From IMG/VR virus record IMGVR_UViG_3300025133_000039: DNA of 64,000 nucleotides. One strand, 5' to 3'. Shown here piece by piece: positions 9,037 through 16,685 of the stretch. Numbering within the stretch: position 1 is the first letter of the stretch; the number at the start of each line of letters is the position of its first letter. Both the position numbers and the translations under genes were made by a program. This stretch comes from an uncultured virus (IMG/VR IMGVR_UViG_3300025133_000039) (Duplodnaviria; Heunggongvirae; Uroviricota; Caudoviricetes). The notes under the pieces were generated by a model. It had not been told where the DNA came from. It saw only the letters and a program-made list of their open reading frames with translations, and made no database searches.

Positions 9037-10632
9037 ATGATTCATGAGATTCAAGCTCATTATATTGATGAGCGGGTAAGGTCGGTAGACCCAGACTTCC
9101 TTCAGTACGAGGAAGAAGCCGCCAAGAAGGAAGACTTAGCTCTTATTTCAGAACTATTGTCTCCCAGTGAGAAGGGAAAGATCAAGCTTCCGAATCCACA
9201 CAATAGCATGATTCTCTTCCTCACCGGTATTACTGATGACTTTGATACTACAAAGGCTAGAGGGGACATGGTGGGCGGCGCTCCTCCAGACATCGACATT
9301 GACTTCTGCGCTGTTGAGCGAAAGAAGGTTATTCAATGGGTGTCAGACAGGTGGGGTCCACGCAAGGTTGCCAACATCATCACGCACGGAACCTTTCAGC
9401 CAAGGTCGCTAGCTAAATCCTACTACAGAGTTACAGAAGGTCAGGGTGCTGACCTGAGCAAGATTCTGAAGGAGATTCCAAAGGCTAAGTTCGGCAAGGA
9501 ACCCTCATATGATGAGGTTTTCGAGGCTCATCCAGCACTACGCACGGAGGCTAAGTTCGAAGGCTTCTCTAATGCTGCAGACAAGATTGGCGGCATGGTT
9601 TCGAACTTCGGAATCCACGCAGCCGGCGTGGTTATCTCTGACTTTCCAATCGAAGAAGTCGTGCCTACATGGCAAAACAAGAATGCTGAATGCATTACGC
9701 AGTTCAACAAGGACGAGATCGAGGACCTTGGCCTAATTAAATTCGACTTCTTGGGGATTGACAACCTAACTGTCATCAAGGAGTGCAAGCGGCTAATCAA
9801 GCGTGACTCGAAAGAGAAGCTTCCTTGGGACTGGGAGTACAACTTCCCAGATGGCGACGAGGCCGCCTACAAGATGATGGCTGCTGGGCTCCTAGCTGGG
9901 ATCTTCCAGTTCGAAACCTCGGAACCAGCTAAGCGATATATCGCGAAGATTAAGCCAGAGGACATCGAAGAGCTTTCAGACATCTCTGCGCTAAACCGAC
10001 CAGGTCCGCAGCAGGCCAAGCTTCCAGAGCGCTACATTCGTACCAAGAATGGGCGCGGACCTGACGAAGATCTTCATGAGAAGATGCTTCAAATCCTAGA
10101 GCCTACTCAGAATACACTCGTGTATCAGGAGCAGGTAATGAGGATTTGCTCCGAAATCGCAGGCTTCTCTCTACGAGAAGCTGATGACGTTCGACGCGCT
10201 ATGGGTAGAAAGAAGGTCAAGGTTCTCAAGGGCTACGAAGAACAATTCGTCAAGGGTTTTCAGGAGAGCGGGCTCGACAAGTCCTACGCTGAAGAGCAGT
10301 GGGATTCTCTACTTGGCTTTGCCGACTACTGCCTCGCCTATGACACAGAGGTTCTCTGCAGGATCGGGTCCTACAGATACCCAGTAAAAATCGGCTGGCT
10401 AGTAGAGAACGAGGCAGGCTTTGATGTCTTTTCCATAGACGAAAAGGGGAACCGCTACGAACAAGAAATTGTTCAGTGGCACGACCGAGGAATGAAAGAG
10501 GTCTTTGAGTACACATTGGAAGACGGAAGTACGATTAGTTGTACACCTGACCACCAGTTCATGACTACTAATGGTGAAATGCATCCCATTGAAGAAATTT
10601 TTGAACTGGGTCTTGAGATGCTTAAGACGTAA
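9037..10632 (+). CDS. dnaE: DnaE fragment 2: catalytic palm/thumb/fingers fused to the N-terminal half of a split intein
   Basis: Motifs PDIDIDF, GIHAAGVVIS, GLIKFDFLG, GIFQFE, LNRPGP, VYQEQVM and RRAMGRKK, then FADY/CLAYDTEV... (intein block A). Confidence 0.95.
   Translation: MIHEIQAHYIDERVRSVDPDFLQYEEEAAKKEDLALISELLSPSEKGKIKLPNPHNSMILFLTGITDDFDTTKARGDMVGGAPPDIDIDFCAVERKKVIQWVSDRWGPRKVANIITHGTFQPRSLAKSYYRVTEGQGADLSKILKEIPKAKFGKEPSYDEVFEAHPALRTEAKFEGFSNAADKIGGMVSNFGIHAAGVVISDFPIEEVVPTWQNKNAECITQFNKDEIEDLGLIKFDFLGIDNLTVIKECKRLIKRDSKEKLPWDWEYNFPDGDEAAYKMMAAGLLAGIFQFETSEPAKRYIAKIKPEDIEELSDISALNRPGPQQAKLPERYIRTKNGRGPDEDLHEKMLQILEPTQNTLVYQEQVMRICSEIAGFSLREADDVRRAMGRKKVKVLKGYEEQFVKGFQESGLDKSYAEEQWDSLLGFADYCLAYDTEVLCRIGSYRYPVKIGWLVENEAGFDVFSIDEKGNRYEQEIVQWHDRGMKEVFEYTLEDGSTISCTPDHQFMTTNGEMHPIEEIFELGLEMLKT
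10330..10629 (+). mobile_element. split intein N-terminal half (IntN, 100 aa), DnaE-type
   Basis: Begins CLAYDTEV and contains QWHDRGMKEVFEYTLEDGSTISCTPDHQFMT (block B TxxH); followed directly by a stop codon. Confidence 0.95.
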
Positions 10633-10656
10633 CTAGCTGTTCAATTTAGACTCTGG

Positions 10657-10696
10657 TAAAGTGAGGGCTCTCGCTATATGCGAAGCCCTCACTTTA
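10657..10696. terminator. long hairpin just downstream of dnaE-IntN
   Basis: TAAAGTGAGGGCT...AGCCCTCACTTTA is a 13-bp perfect stem, with an inner TCGC/GCGA stem. Confidence 0.55.
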
Positions 10697-10713
10697 AATC
10701 CTCTGGAGAAACT

Positions 10714-11478
10714 ATGCCCGGTCCTACAAAACTTGAAAAAGCTGCGGGAGCGCCTGCGGCGTCCTGGACGAAAAAATACTCCGTTGACTGGGTTGCAGAA
10801 TTTTCAGCTAATGGTGCCCACGATTTCAAAACGGGAGGCGCCTATACGGACCAGTTTGGCGCAACCTATGACATTGCAGACCATACGATTCAAGGTGACA
10901 GCGCGACCTCTGTTTTGAGTCTTGCTGCAGGCGGCCTAGTTATTACGACTTCTTCGAATACCGAAATTGCCGTATGTCAGCAAATTGCAGATCTGATTGG
11001 TGACTACGATTTAGGCGATAAGCTCGCCTGGGTTGTAGAGTTTGACGACTCTACAATGGTGAGTAACTGGCAAAGATTTGCTGCATTCTACGGACTATAT
11101 CCGAGTAACATTTTTCAGCAGCAACTTAGATATGACGGATCTACTGGTCTCGAAGATAAACGCAAGCAAAGTAGTCCCGTAAGCGCAAACTCGTCATTGA
11201 ACCGCTACGCCCCTGCGACAGCTGCTGATGTCCTTGGATTGGAAATCCAAAACGGAACATGGGCTGAAGCTTACTACGGCTCCGCCGTACCTTCGGAGCC
11301 CTTCAACTCGATGGTCCAGAGTTCTGAACCCATGAGCATGATCCGAGACCCGAGCGACTTCTCTACAGATCCCTTCTCCAAGGCTACAGCACAAGTTGGC
11401 TGCCACATGAGAAGCAATAGCGGTCCCAACCTGACTTACACGATCAAGTCATTCACCCTATGGAGGTGGGAGGCCTAG
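10714..11478 (+). CDS. hypothetical beta-rich protein (lectin-like or virion-like composition)
   Basis: ATG 10714 with a GGAG SD; Ser/Thr/Gly/Asp-rich. Confidence 0.6.
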   Translation: MPGPTKLEKAAGAPAASWTKKYSVDWVAEFSANGAHDFKTGGAYTDQFGATYDIADHTIQGDSATSVLSLAAGGLVITTSSNTEIAVCQQIADLIGDYDLGDKLAWVVEFDDSTMVSNWQRFAAFYGLYPSNIFQQQLRYDGSTGLEDKRKQSSPVSANSSLNRYAPATAADVLGLEIQNGTWAEAYYGSAVPSEPFNSMVQSSEPMSMIRDPSDFSTDPFSKATAQVGCHMRSNSGPNLTYTIKSFTLWRWEA

Positions 11479-11510
11479 AAGGCTTTTACACTGCAAACCT
11501 TTTCGATAAA

Positions 11511-11963
11511 CTAAAGAATCGCATCCAAGTGAATATCTACCGAATGGATTGGGCTTCCACCCATAAGGCTTGTTGGGCTTAAAAATAGATAGTCTCCAGC
11601 CTCAACAATACGGAGGGCGTCAGATACGAAAGTAAAAGCCTCGATGTGATCTACACCGTTGCCATTCGCTAACGAAACTGTTGCAATCTTTGTGTATGAA
11701 GCAGACGGGCCTGGCCAGGTATAGCGCGCCCGCCAAACCTCTACGTCTGTAGTTCCGGAAGACCCATCCACCCACTGGTGCAAGTGTACATACTCTAGGC
11801 GACCATCCATAGAGATGCCGACTCGATTGAAAGGCGCTGAAACTGCAGCGCTGGGGCTATTGACCCCAGCAGTAACAGTCGAAGAATCAATTACTCCACT
11901 AAAAAACATCGCCAAAGGCTTGTATTGCCTTAAGCCTACAGGGTTTTTGACTGGACCTGGCAT
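11511..11963 (-). CDS. hypothetical beta-sandwich-like protein
   Basis: ATG at 11963 with a GAGG SD; convergent with the 10714 gene. Confidence 0.6.
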   Translation of the reverse strand: MPGPVKNPVGLRQYKPLAMFFSGVIDSSTVTAGVNSPSAAVSAPFNRVGISMDGRLEYVHLHQWVDGSSGTTDVEVWRARYTWPGPSASYTKIATVSLANGNGVDHIEAFTFVSDALRIVEAGDYLFLSPTSLMGGSPIHSVDIHLDAIL

Positions 11964-12043
11964 GCACACCTCTCTGAAAAAGTACTTTCGACCGCTAACT
12001 CTTCAGTCTAAGCTTCTCTGGTACTGTAACAAATGTTAGCTAC

Positions 12044-12068
12044 AAGCCTCCAGCTTCGGAGGCTTTTT
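12044..12068 (+). terminator. Rho-independent terminator-like hairpin
   Basis: AAGCCTCC-agcttc-GGAGGCTT running into a T-tract. Confidence 0.55.
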
Positions 12069-12087
12069 ACTATTCCTGGGAGTAGTG

Positions 12088-12096
12088 TGGTAAACT
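12088..12096 (+). promoter_or_regulatory. possible extended -10 promoter element (TGgTAAACT) for the gene pair ending in dnaE fragment 3
   Basis: TGnTAAACT lies in the intergenic region right after the terminator; no convincing -35. Confidence 0.3.
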
Positions 12097-12161
12097 CTGT
12101 CATCGAGCCCTTGAAAAGCTCAACAATCCAGCCAAACAACCAACTACTAATTAGAAACCCA

Positions 12162-12569
12162 ATGCAACTTAAGAAGCCCCAGAAGCCTGTCACCTATGGT
12201 AACCAAACCATGGTTACTAGAGAAATTGTAGAGGAGCGTGAATTCGCCGTAGAAGAATGTAGCGAAATCGGAGGAGATATCTCAGAAGAGATCCCCGCTC
12301 GCGAATTTCTAAGACAGGTAGGACTAGACCCAGACGACCTGAACAACGTCGATAGCTACTCTCTAATTCTGTCCGTTGAATACGAAGGCGAGTTGAACAT
12401 CATCAACGTCCGAACTATCGAATATCAAGAAGAGACAGAGGCTGAAACGCTGTATCGTGTAGGCCAAGAAAATAAAGCAAAAGCGAGATACCAGGATCAG
12501 CTGGCCTCTTACAAGGCCAGGTTGAATGAAGGAGCAGCACGCTCTGCTTATCTCGAATCTATGAAATAG
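12162..12569 (+). CDS. hypothetical protein
   Basis: In-frame ATG 12162; acidic core with a helical C-terminus; start uncertain. Confidence 0.55.
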   Translation: MQLKKPQKPVTYGNQTMVTREIVEEREFAVEECSEIGGDISEEIPAREFLRQVGLDPDDLNNVDSYSLILSVEYEGELNIINVRTIEYQEETEAETLYRVGQENKAKARYQDQLASYKARLNEGAARSAYLESMK

Positions 12570-12577
12570 GAGAGTTC

Positions 12578-12682
12578 ATGAAGATTGTTTCCAAGCGTTC
12601 GCTTGGGGAACAGTCAACCTATGATATTGGCCTAGCTCAAGACCACAACTTCAGGTTGGATAACGGTTTTGTAGCATCCAAC
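12578..12682 (+). mobile_element. split intein C-terminal half (IntC, 35 aa), DnaE-type
   Basis: Blocks F and G: YDIG...HNF...ASN followed by Cys+1 (CFNKSH). Confidence 0.95.
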
Positions 12683-13891
12683 TGTTTCAATAAGTCACAC
12701 AGCGTCAGCTACTCCATGCTGACATATATTACTGCTTACTTGAAGGCCAACTATCCGGTTGAGTTTTTCTGTGCGCTTATGACTGTGCGGTCAAAGACTC
12801 TGCAGCCAAAATTCTGGGCACAGAAGGCACCCGAATACACCCACGAAGCTGAGCTTCTTGGAATCCCAATTAACCCACCATCAGTCAACGGTTCGGATAT
12901 GGAGTTTTCCATCCGAGACGGAGAGATCTACTTCGGATTCTCAGGAATCCGAGACGTAGGAAAGACTGCCTCCAAGGCCATCGTAAGAACTCGTGGAAAA
13001 ACTCCCTTTAAGGACGTCCATGACTTCCTTTCAAGGACTAGAGGCAGCAAGGTTACTATCAAGACCTTCGTAAGCCTGATTAAGGCTGGCGGTTTCGATA
13101 AACTTGGATACGACCGTGCAGACCTACTCGAAAAGAGTCAGGAGCTTCACGACTTCGCTGGCGACATTATCGCCTTTGAAGAGAGAAAACGGGATGCCGC
13201 GATTCGTCGTTCAGAAAACGCTAGAAAGGACGCTAGAAAAGAAGAAATCATGGAGTTCGTCCGAAGAGCCAAAGCAAAGAAAAAGGCCAAGGATGAACTC
13301 TCTGAAGAAGATATCTGGTGGCTTGAGCGTAAAGATCGACTCAAGACAATGCGGGAAATACTGGCTGCAGAAGATGGCGAAGCCATCGCTGCCGGTATGC
13401 CTCAGCGGGCTCAAGACGAATATGCCGAGCATCTCTCGTTGCGAAAGCTCCCTGCCCTAAAAGAAAAGGAGCCCCCGGTAAAGCCCTCAGTATTGAGAGA
13501 TACAAGGGTTGCATTGAGCATCAAACAGCTTATGGAACAAGCTCACTACATTGGGTGCTATATCGGTGCCCACCCCGCACGCCTTATCGCAAAGCGGTAC
13601 CATGCTACAGACCTAGATAAGGTTTGGATTGGTGAGCAACCAAGAGTTGTGGGAGTTATCAACAGCATCAAAGCTATCGTTACGAGGAAGAAACGTCAGA
13701 AGATGGCGTTCCTGGAAATCGATGACGGCATTGCTATTGCTGAGGTGACAGTATTCCCCCGATTGTGGCAAAATATAGAACATAAGCTAGAAAATGGATC
13801 CCTAATCGTGATGACTGGCAAAGTCGAATCAGAAGAGCCAAACATCAAATTGATTGCGGATTCTATAGAACTCTACAAGGAGCAAGAATGA
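12578..13891 (+). CDS. dnaE: DnaE fragment 3: C-terminal half of the split intein fused to the fingers end, HhH and OB domains
   Basis: MKIVSKRSLGEQSTYDIG..DHNF.L.NGFVASN/CFNKSHS, then YLKANYPVEFFCAL, PPSVNGS, GIRDVG and MAFLEIDDG. AGGAG SD. Confidence 0.95.
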   Translation: MKIVSKRSLGEQSTYDIGLAQDHNFRLDNGFVASNCFNKSHSVSYSMLTYITAYLKANYPVEFFCALMTVRSKTLQPKFWAQKAPEYTHEAELLGIPINPPSVNGSDMEFSIRDGEIYFGFSGIRDVGKTASKAIVRTRGKTPFKDVHDFLSRTRGSKVTIKTFVSLIKAGGFDKLGYDRADLLEKSQELHDFAGDIIAFEERKRDAAIRRSENARKDARKEEIMEFVRRAKAKKKAKDELSEEDIWWLERKDRLKTMREILAAEDGEAIAAGMPQRAQDEYAEHLSLRKLPALKEKEPPVKPSVLRDTRVALSIKQLMEQAHYIGCYIGAHPARLIAKRYHATDLDKVWIGEQPRVVGVINSIKAIVTRKKRQKMAFLEIDDGIAIAEVTVFPRLWQNIEHKLENGSLIVMTGKVESEEPNIKLIADSIELYKEQE

Positions 13892-14970
13892 AGTGGCAGG
13901 AAGAAGAAGAGCACCTATTGCGGCTGCTCATCCCGACCAATAGTCATCAAGAGATTGCGGAAGAATTTGCGCGTCGCCTCAACAAAAGGCTACCTGGTTT
14001 CAGCCAGGAAAGAAGCTATGACGCAGTTCGTAGAAAGTGCGCTAGAGACGGCATTACCGCTGAGGCTAACGCAGATTACACAGAGCCCTATAGCGAGCGA
14101 TGGGAGGCCATCAAGGCCACCCTGGACGACTACGCACTGCAAGCAGAGCATAGAAGCTTCGGAGTTATCGAGGAGGTCGGTAGAAAGATCTTGTGTCTTT
14201 CTGACCTCCACTTTCCTTTCTGCCTCTTCGATGAGTGCGTTAAGGCAATGGAGCTTCACGCTGATGCTGACATCGTTGTATTTAATGGTGACATCTTGGA
14301 TGGCTACATCTTCTCTACGTTCGGAAGAGCGAAGAGAATTGCAGCAATTCACGAGTATCAGGGCGCTTTCGAACTGATCAAGTATGCACAGGAGCGGTTC
14401 CCACTAGTAGTTATCACGAGTGGCAACCACGATGTCCGACCAGCGAAGGCTCTGGCCCGAGCAGACTTTGAGAAGGAAGCTTCTCAAATCTTCAGACCCG
14501 ACCTTCTGGCTCGAATCGCTAACGGTGAAGAGCTAGACGATACCGGGGATGTAGTCGAAAAGCACGACTTCGAAAACGTTGTATACCAGCGTTACGATTC
14601 GTGGTATGTTCGAATTGGTAAGACAATCTTCTGCCACCCCTCCGCATGGAGAGGAAGCTACCCTGGCGGAACGGTAACGAAGCTTAACGACTACTTTACG
14701 AAGAGGTTGGGCTCAGAGGCATACGACTCAATTGTCGTTGGCCACACTCACAGACAGTATAAGGGAATCATTGGCAACGTTCTGCTCATTGAGCAGGGCG
14801 CGATGTGCGCTAGACAGCCATATCAGCACAAGGATGACCTTCGCTACCTACACGCTATGAACGGATACGCAGTCGTCTACCAGGATGACGAGGGTAATAC
14901 CTGTTTCAATCGTAGCAACTTCACACACATCGGCAGCCAACTGCCACCCAAGAAAGATATTCTACTATGA
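13888..14970 (+). CDS. calcineurin-like metallophosphoesterase with an N-terminal HTH-like domain
   Basis: Motifs SDLH, NGDILD, GNHD, CH and GHTH. Confidence 0.85.
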   Translation: MKWQEEEEHLLRLLIPTNSHQEIAEEFARRLNKRLPGFSQERSYDAVRRKCARDGITAEANADYTEPYSERWEAIKATLDDYALQAEHRSFGVIEEVGRKILCLSDLHFPFCLFDECVKAMELHADADIVVFNGDILDGYIFSTFGRAKRIAAIHEYQGAFELIKYAQERFPLVVITSGNHDVRPAKALARADFEKEASQIFRPDLLARIANGEELDDTGDVVEKHDFENVVYQRYDSWYVRIGKTIFCHPSAWRGSYPGGTVTKLNDYFTKRLGSEAYDSIVVGHTHRQYKGIIGNVLLIEQGAMCARQPYQHKDDLRYLHAMNGYAVVYQDDEGNTCFNRSNFTHIGSQLPPKKDILL

Positions 14971-15308
14971 CCGGCCTACTAGACGCCTCCGGACGACCAG
15001 TGCGTCCCCAGATCAGTGACGAGGAACTCGTCCGAGCACTTACTGCAATGAAGATGCGCCTTGATGCTCTCAACACGCAGATCATCAACATGGGCATCTT
15101 CACTGAGTACATGTTTACTCGGCTAGAAGAGTCCGAGATTGATCTCAAGATGGACGAGTTCGAGGTATGGGCTGAGGCTCGCTGGAAGGAAATCCAGGAA
15201 GAGGCTGAGCAGATGCGCAATGCGCAGGTAAACGAAATCAAGAATCTAGCCGCCAAACAGCAGGTTGCCGATTCTACAGAAGAAATGGTCAATTTGTCAG
15301 ATGCCTGA
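14967..15308 (+). CDS. hypothetical helical protein
   Basis: ATGA-coupled ORF. Confidence 0.6.
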   Translation: MTGLLDASGRPVRPQISDEELVRALTAMKMRLDALNTQIINMGIFTEYMFTRLEESEIDLKMDEFEVWAEARWKEIQEEAEQMRNAQVNEIKNLAAKQQVADSTEEMVNLSDA

Positions 15309-16380
15309 AACGAGGTGGACACTAGTTAACCACCTCACCAACGCGCTCAGAAGGGAAAGGGTAGGGGATAAAAAAGCCCCTACCCTTTGGCCCTCACAGG
15401 CTACTGCCGTTCTTGAGAACGAGAATGGTGAGGAAGTAATTGTGGGCAAGTGTCGGCGCGCGCGGTTTTTCCGCTATGTCTCCGACCTCTACCATTACGA
15501 TCCAGAAGAAAACAATCACTGGGAAGAGCTTACTCGTTTCCTAGACGAGCGAAAAGCACCTGTCAGTGACTACATGCAGTGGATTTGGGCTATTGGAAAC
15601 CTCTACGAAGAGTATGTTATCCAGAAGTCCAAAGAGTCCGGTGTATTTATTCGTGAACAAACTCCTGTTTACATCAAGAAGCACAATGTTTCGGGCAAGA
15701 TGGACGTTGAAGTCGTTGACCCTCAGGTGCGAAAGCTCCGGGTCATCGAAGTAAAGTCTGTTTACGGCTATGGCGCGAACATGGTGATTGGCACTGGTGC
15801 CAAGAAGCCTAAGACTGCGCCTGCTCCGAAAGAGGGGAACCTCATGCAGCTAGCTCTATACGACTGGTGGTGGGTAATGCCCCGATCCGAACAGTATGCA
15901 AGGAGCCGGCTGCTCTACGGTGCAAGAGACGATGGCAAGAATGCTGAAATCGAAGTGTGGTGCGAAGTTGAGGAAATCGACGGAACGCCTGTTCACTGGA
16001 TTTGCTATCAGTACATCGAGCCTGACACTCTACCCGCAGACATGCGAGAGCCGGTTAAGACTCCGATCTGCATTGAAAACATCCTGGAGCAGTACGATAA
16101 GACAACGGAAGCTGTCGAAACTCGCACCATTCCGAAGCGGGACTTTAAGTTAAAGTACACTGAAGCGGACTGCAAGAAGCTCTACGACAAGGGTGAACTC
16201 AACCGCGCAGACACTGCAGCGTGGGAGAAGCGTGTTCAACGCATCGAAGACGGCAAGGAGCCCACAAAGCTTCCTAGCGTATCGGAGAAGGGTGACTGGC
16301 AGTGCAGATTCTGCGACTACAGGCATGCTTGCTACAGCAAGACTAACCCTTGGCAGGAGAATGAGGTTCCAGGAGAATGA
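15301..16380 (+). CDS. PD-(D/E)XK exonuclease, Cas4/RecB-like
   Basis: N-terminal CRR, SGKMD...IEVKS, QLALY and C-terminal CRFCDYRHAC (Fe-S cysteines). Confidence 0.8.
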   Translation: MPETRWTLVNHLTNALRRERVGDKKAPTLWPSQATAVLENENGEEVIVGKCRRARFFRYVSDLYHYDPEENNHWEELTRFLDERKAPVSDYMQWIWAIGNLYEEYVIQKSKESGVFIREQTPVYIKKHNVSGKMDVEVVDPQVRKLRVIEVKSVYGYGANMVIGTGAKKPKTAPAPKEGNLMQLALYDWWWVMPRSEQYARSRLLYGARDDGKNAEIEVWCEVEEIDGTPVHWICYQYIEPDTLPADMREPVKTPICIENILEQYDKTTEAVETRTIPKRDFKLKYTEADCKKLYDKGELNRADTAAWEKRVQRIEDGKEPTKLPSVSEKGDWQCRFCDYRHACYSKTNPWQENEVPGE

Positions 16381-16685
16381 GCCTACAACAGTACAAAGTT
16401 GTACTGTGGGTTGATGATCTAGAAATCGAAATAGGTCCCTTCGCTCATTTGTGTGACTGCACGAGTGTAATGGAGGGGCCTATTTACGATATCGCAGATA
16501 TCGTCTCTCGCGGCAACACCTATACCTTGGAAGCCATGGTGATTCACTGTAAAGAAATCATCAAAAAGACAAAAGTCAGGAGAGTCAGGAATGGAAGTCC
16601 TAACGATAATGGGCGACCCGATGGTAGACAACTACCACTGTGGGATGATGGAGGGACTCCGACTCAGGAAGACGGACAGTCATAG
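16377..16685 (+). CDS. hypothetical protein
   Basis: ATGA-coupled; the 3' end overlaps the kinase gene. Confidence 0.45.
   Translation: MSLQQYKVVLWVDDLEIEIGPFAHLCDCTSVMEGPIYDIADIVSRGNTYTLEAMVIHCKEIIKKTKVRRVRNGSPNDNGRPDGRQLPLWDDGGTPTQEDGQS

Noticed and set aside
8330..9285. Group I/II intron or intein explaining the first dnaE break
   Set aside because: No intein block A or G residues at the junctions and no recognisable intron core or maturase. The interval is fully occupied by ORFs with their own SD sites.
13218..13239. Short direct repeat ACGCTAGAAA x2 (and AAGACTCAGT x2 near 24418)
   Set aside because: Two-copy coding micro-duplications with no array structure.
7119..13891. dnaE as a decayed pseudogene
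   Set aside because: All three fragments are long intact ORFs, fragments 2 and 3 have clear SD sites, and catalytic and splicing residues are conserved.
15301..16380. CRISPR-Cas system suggested by the Cas4-like gene
   Set aside because: No repeat-spacer array or other cas genes seen; stand-alone Cas4-like exonucleases are common in phages.
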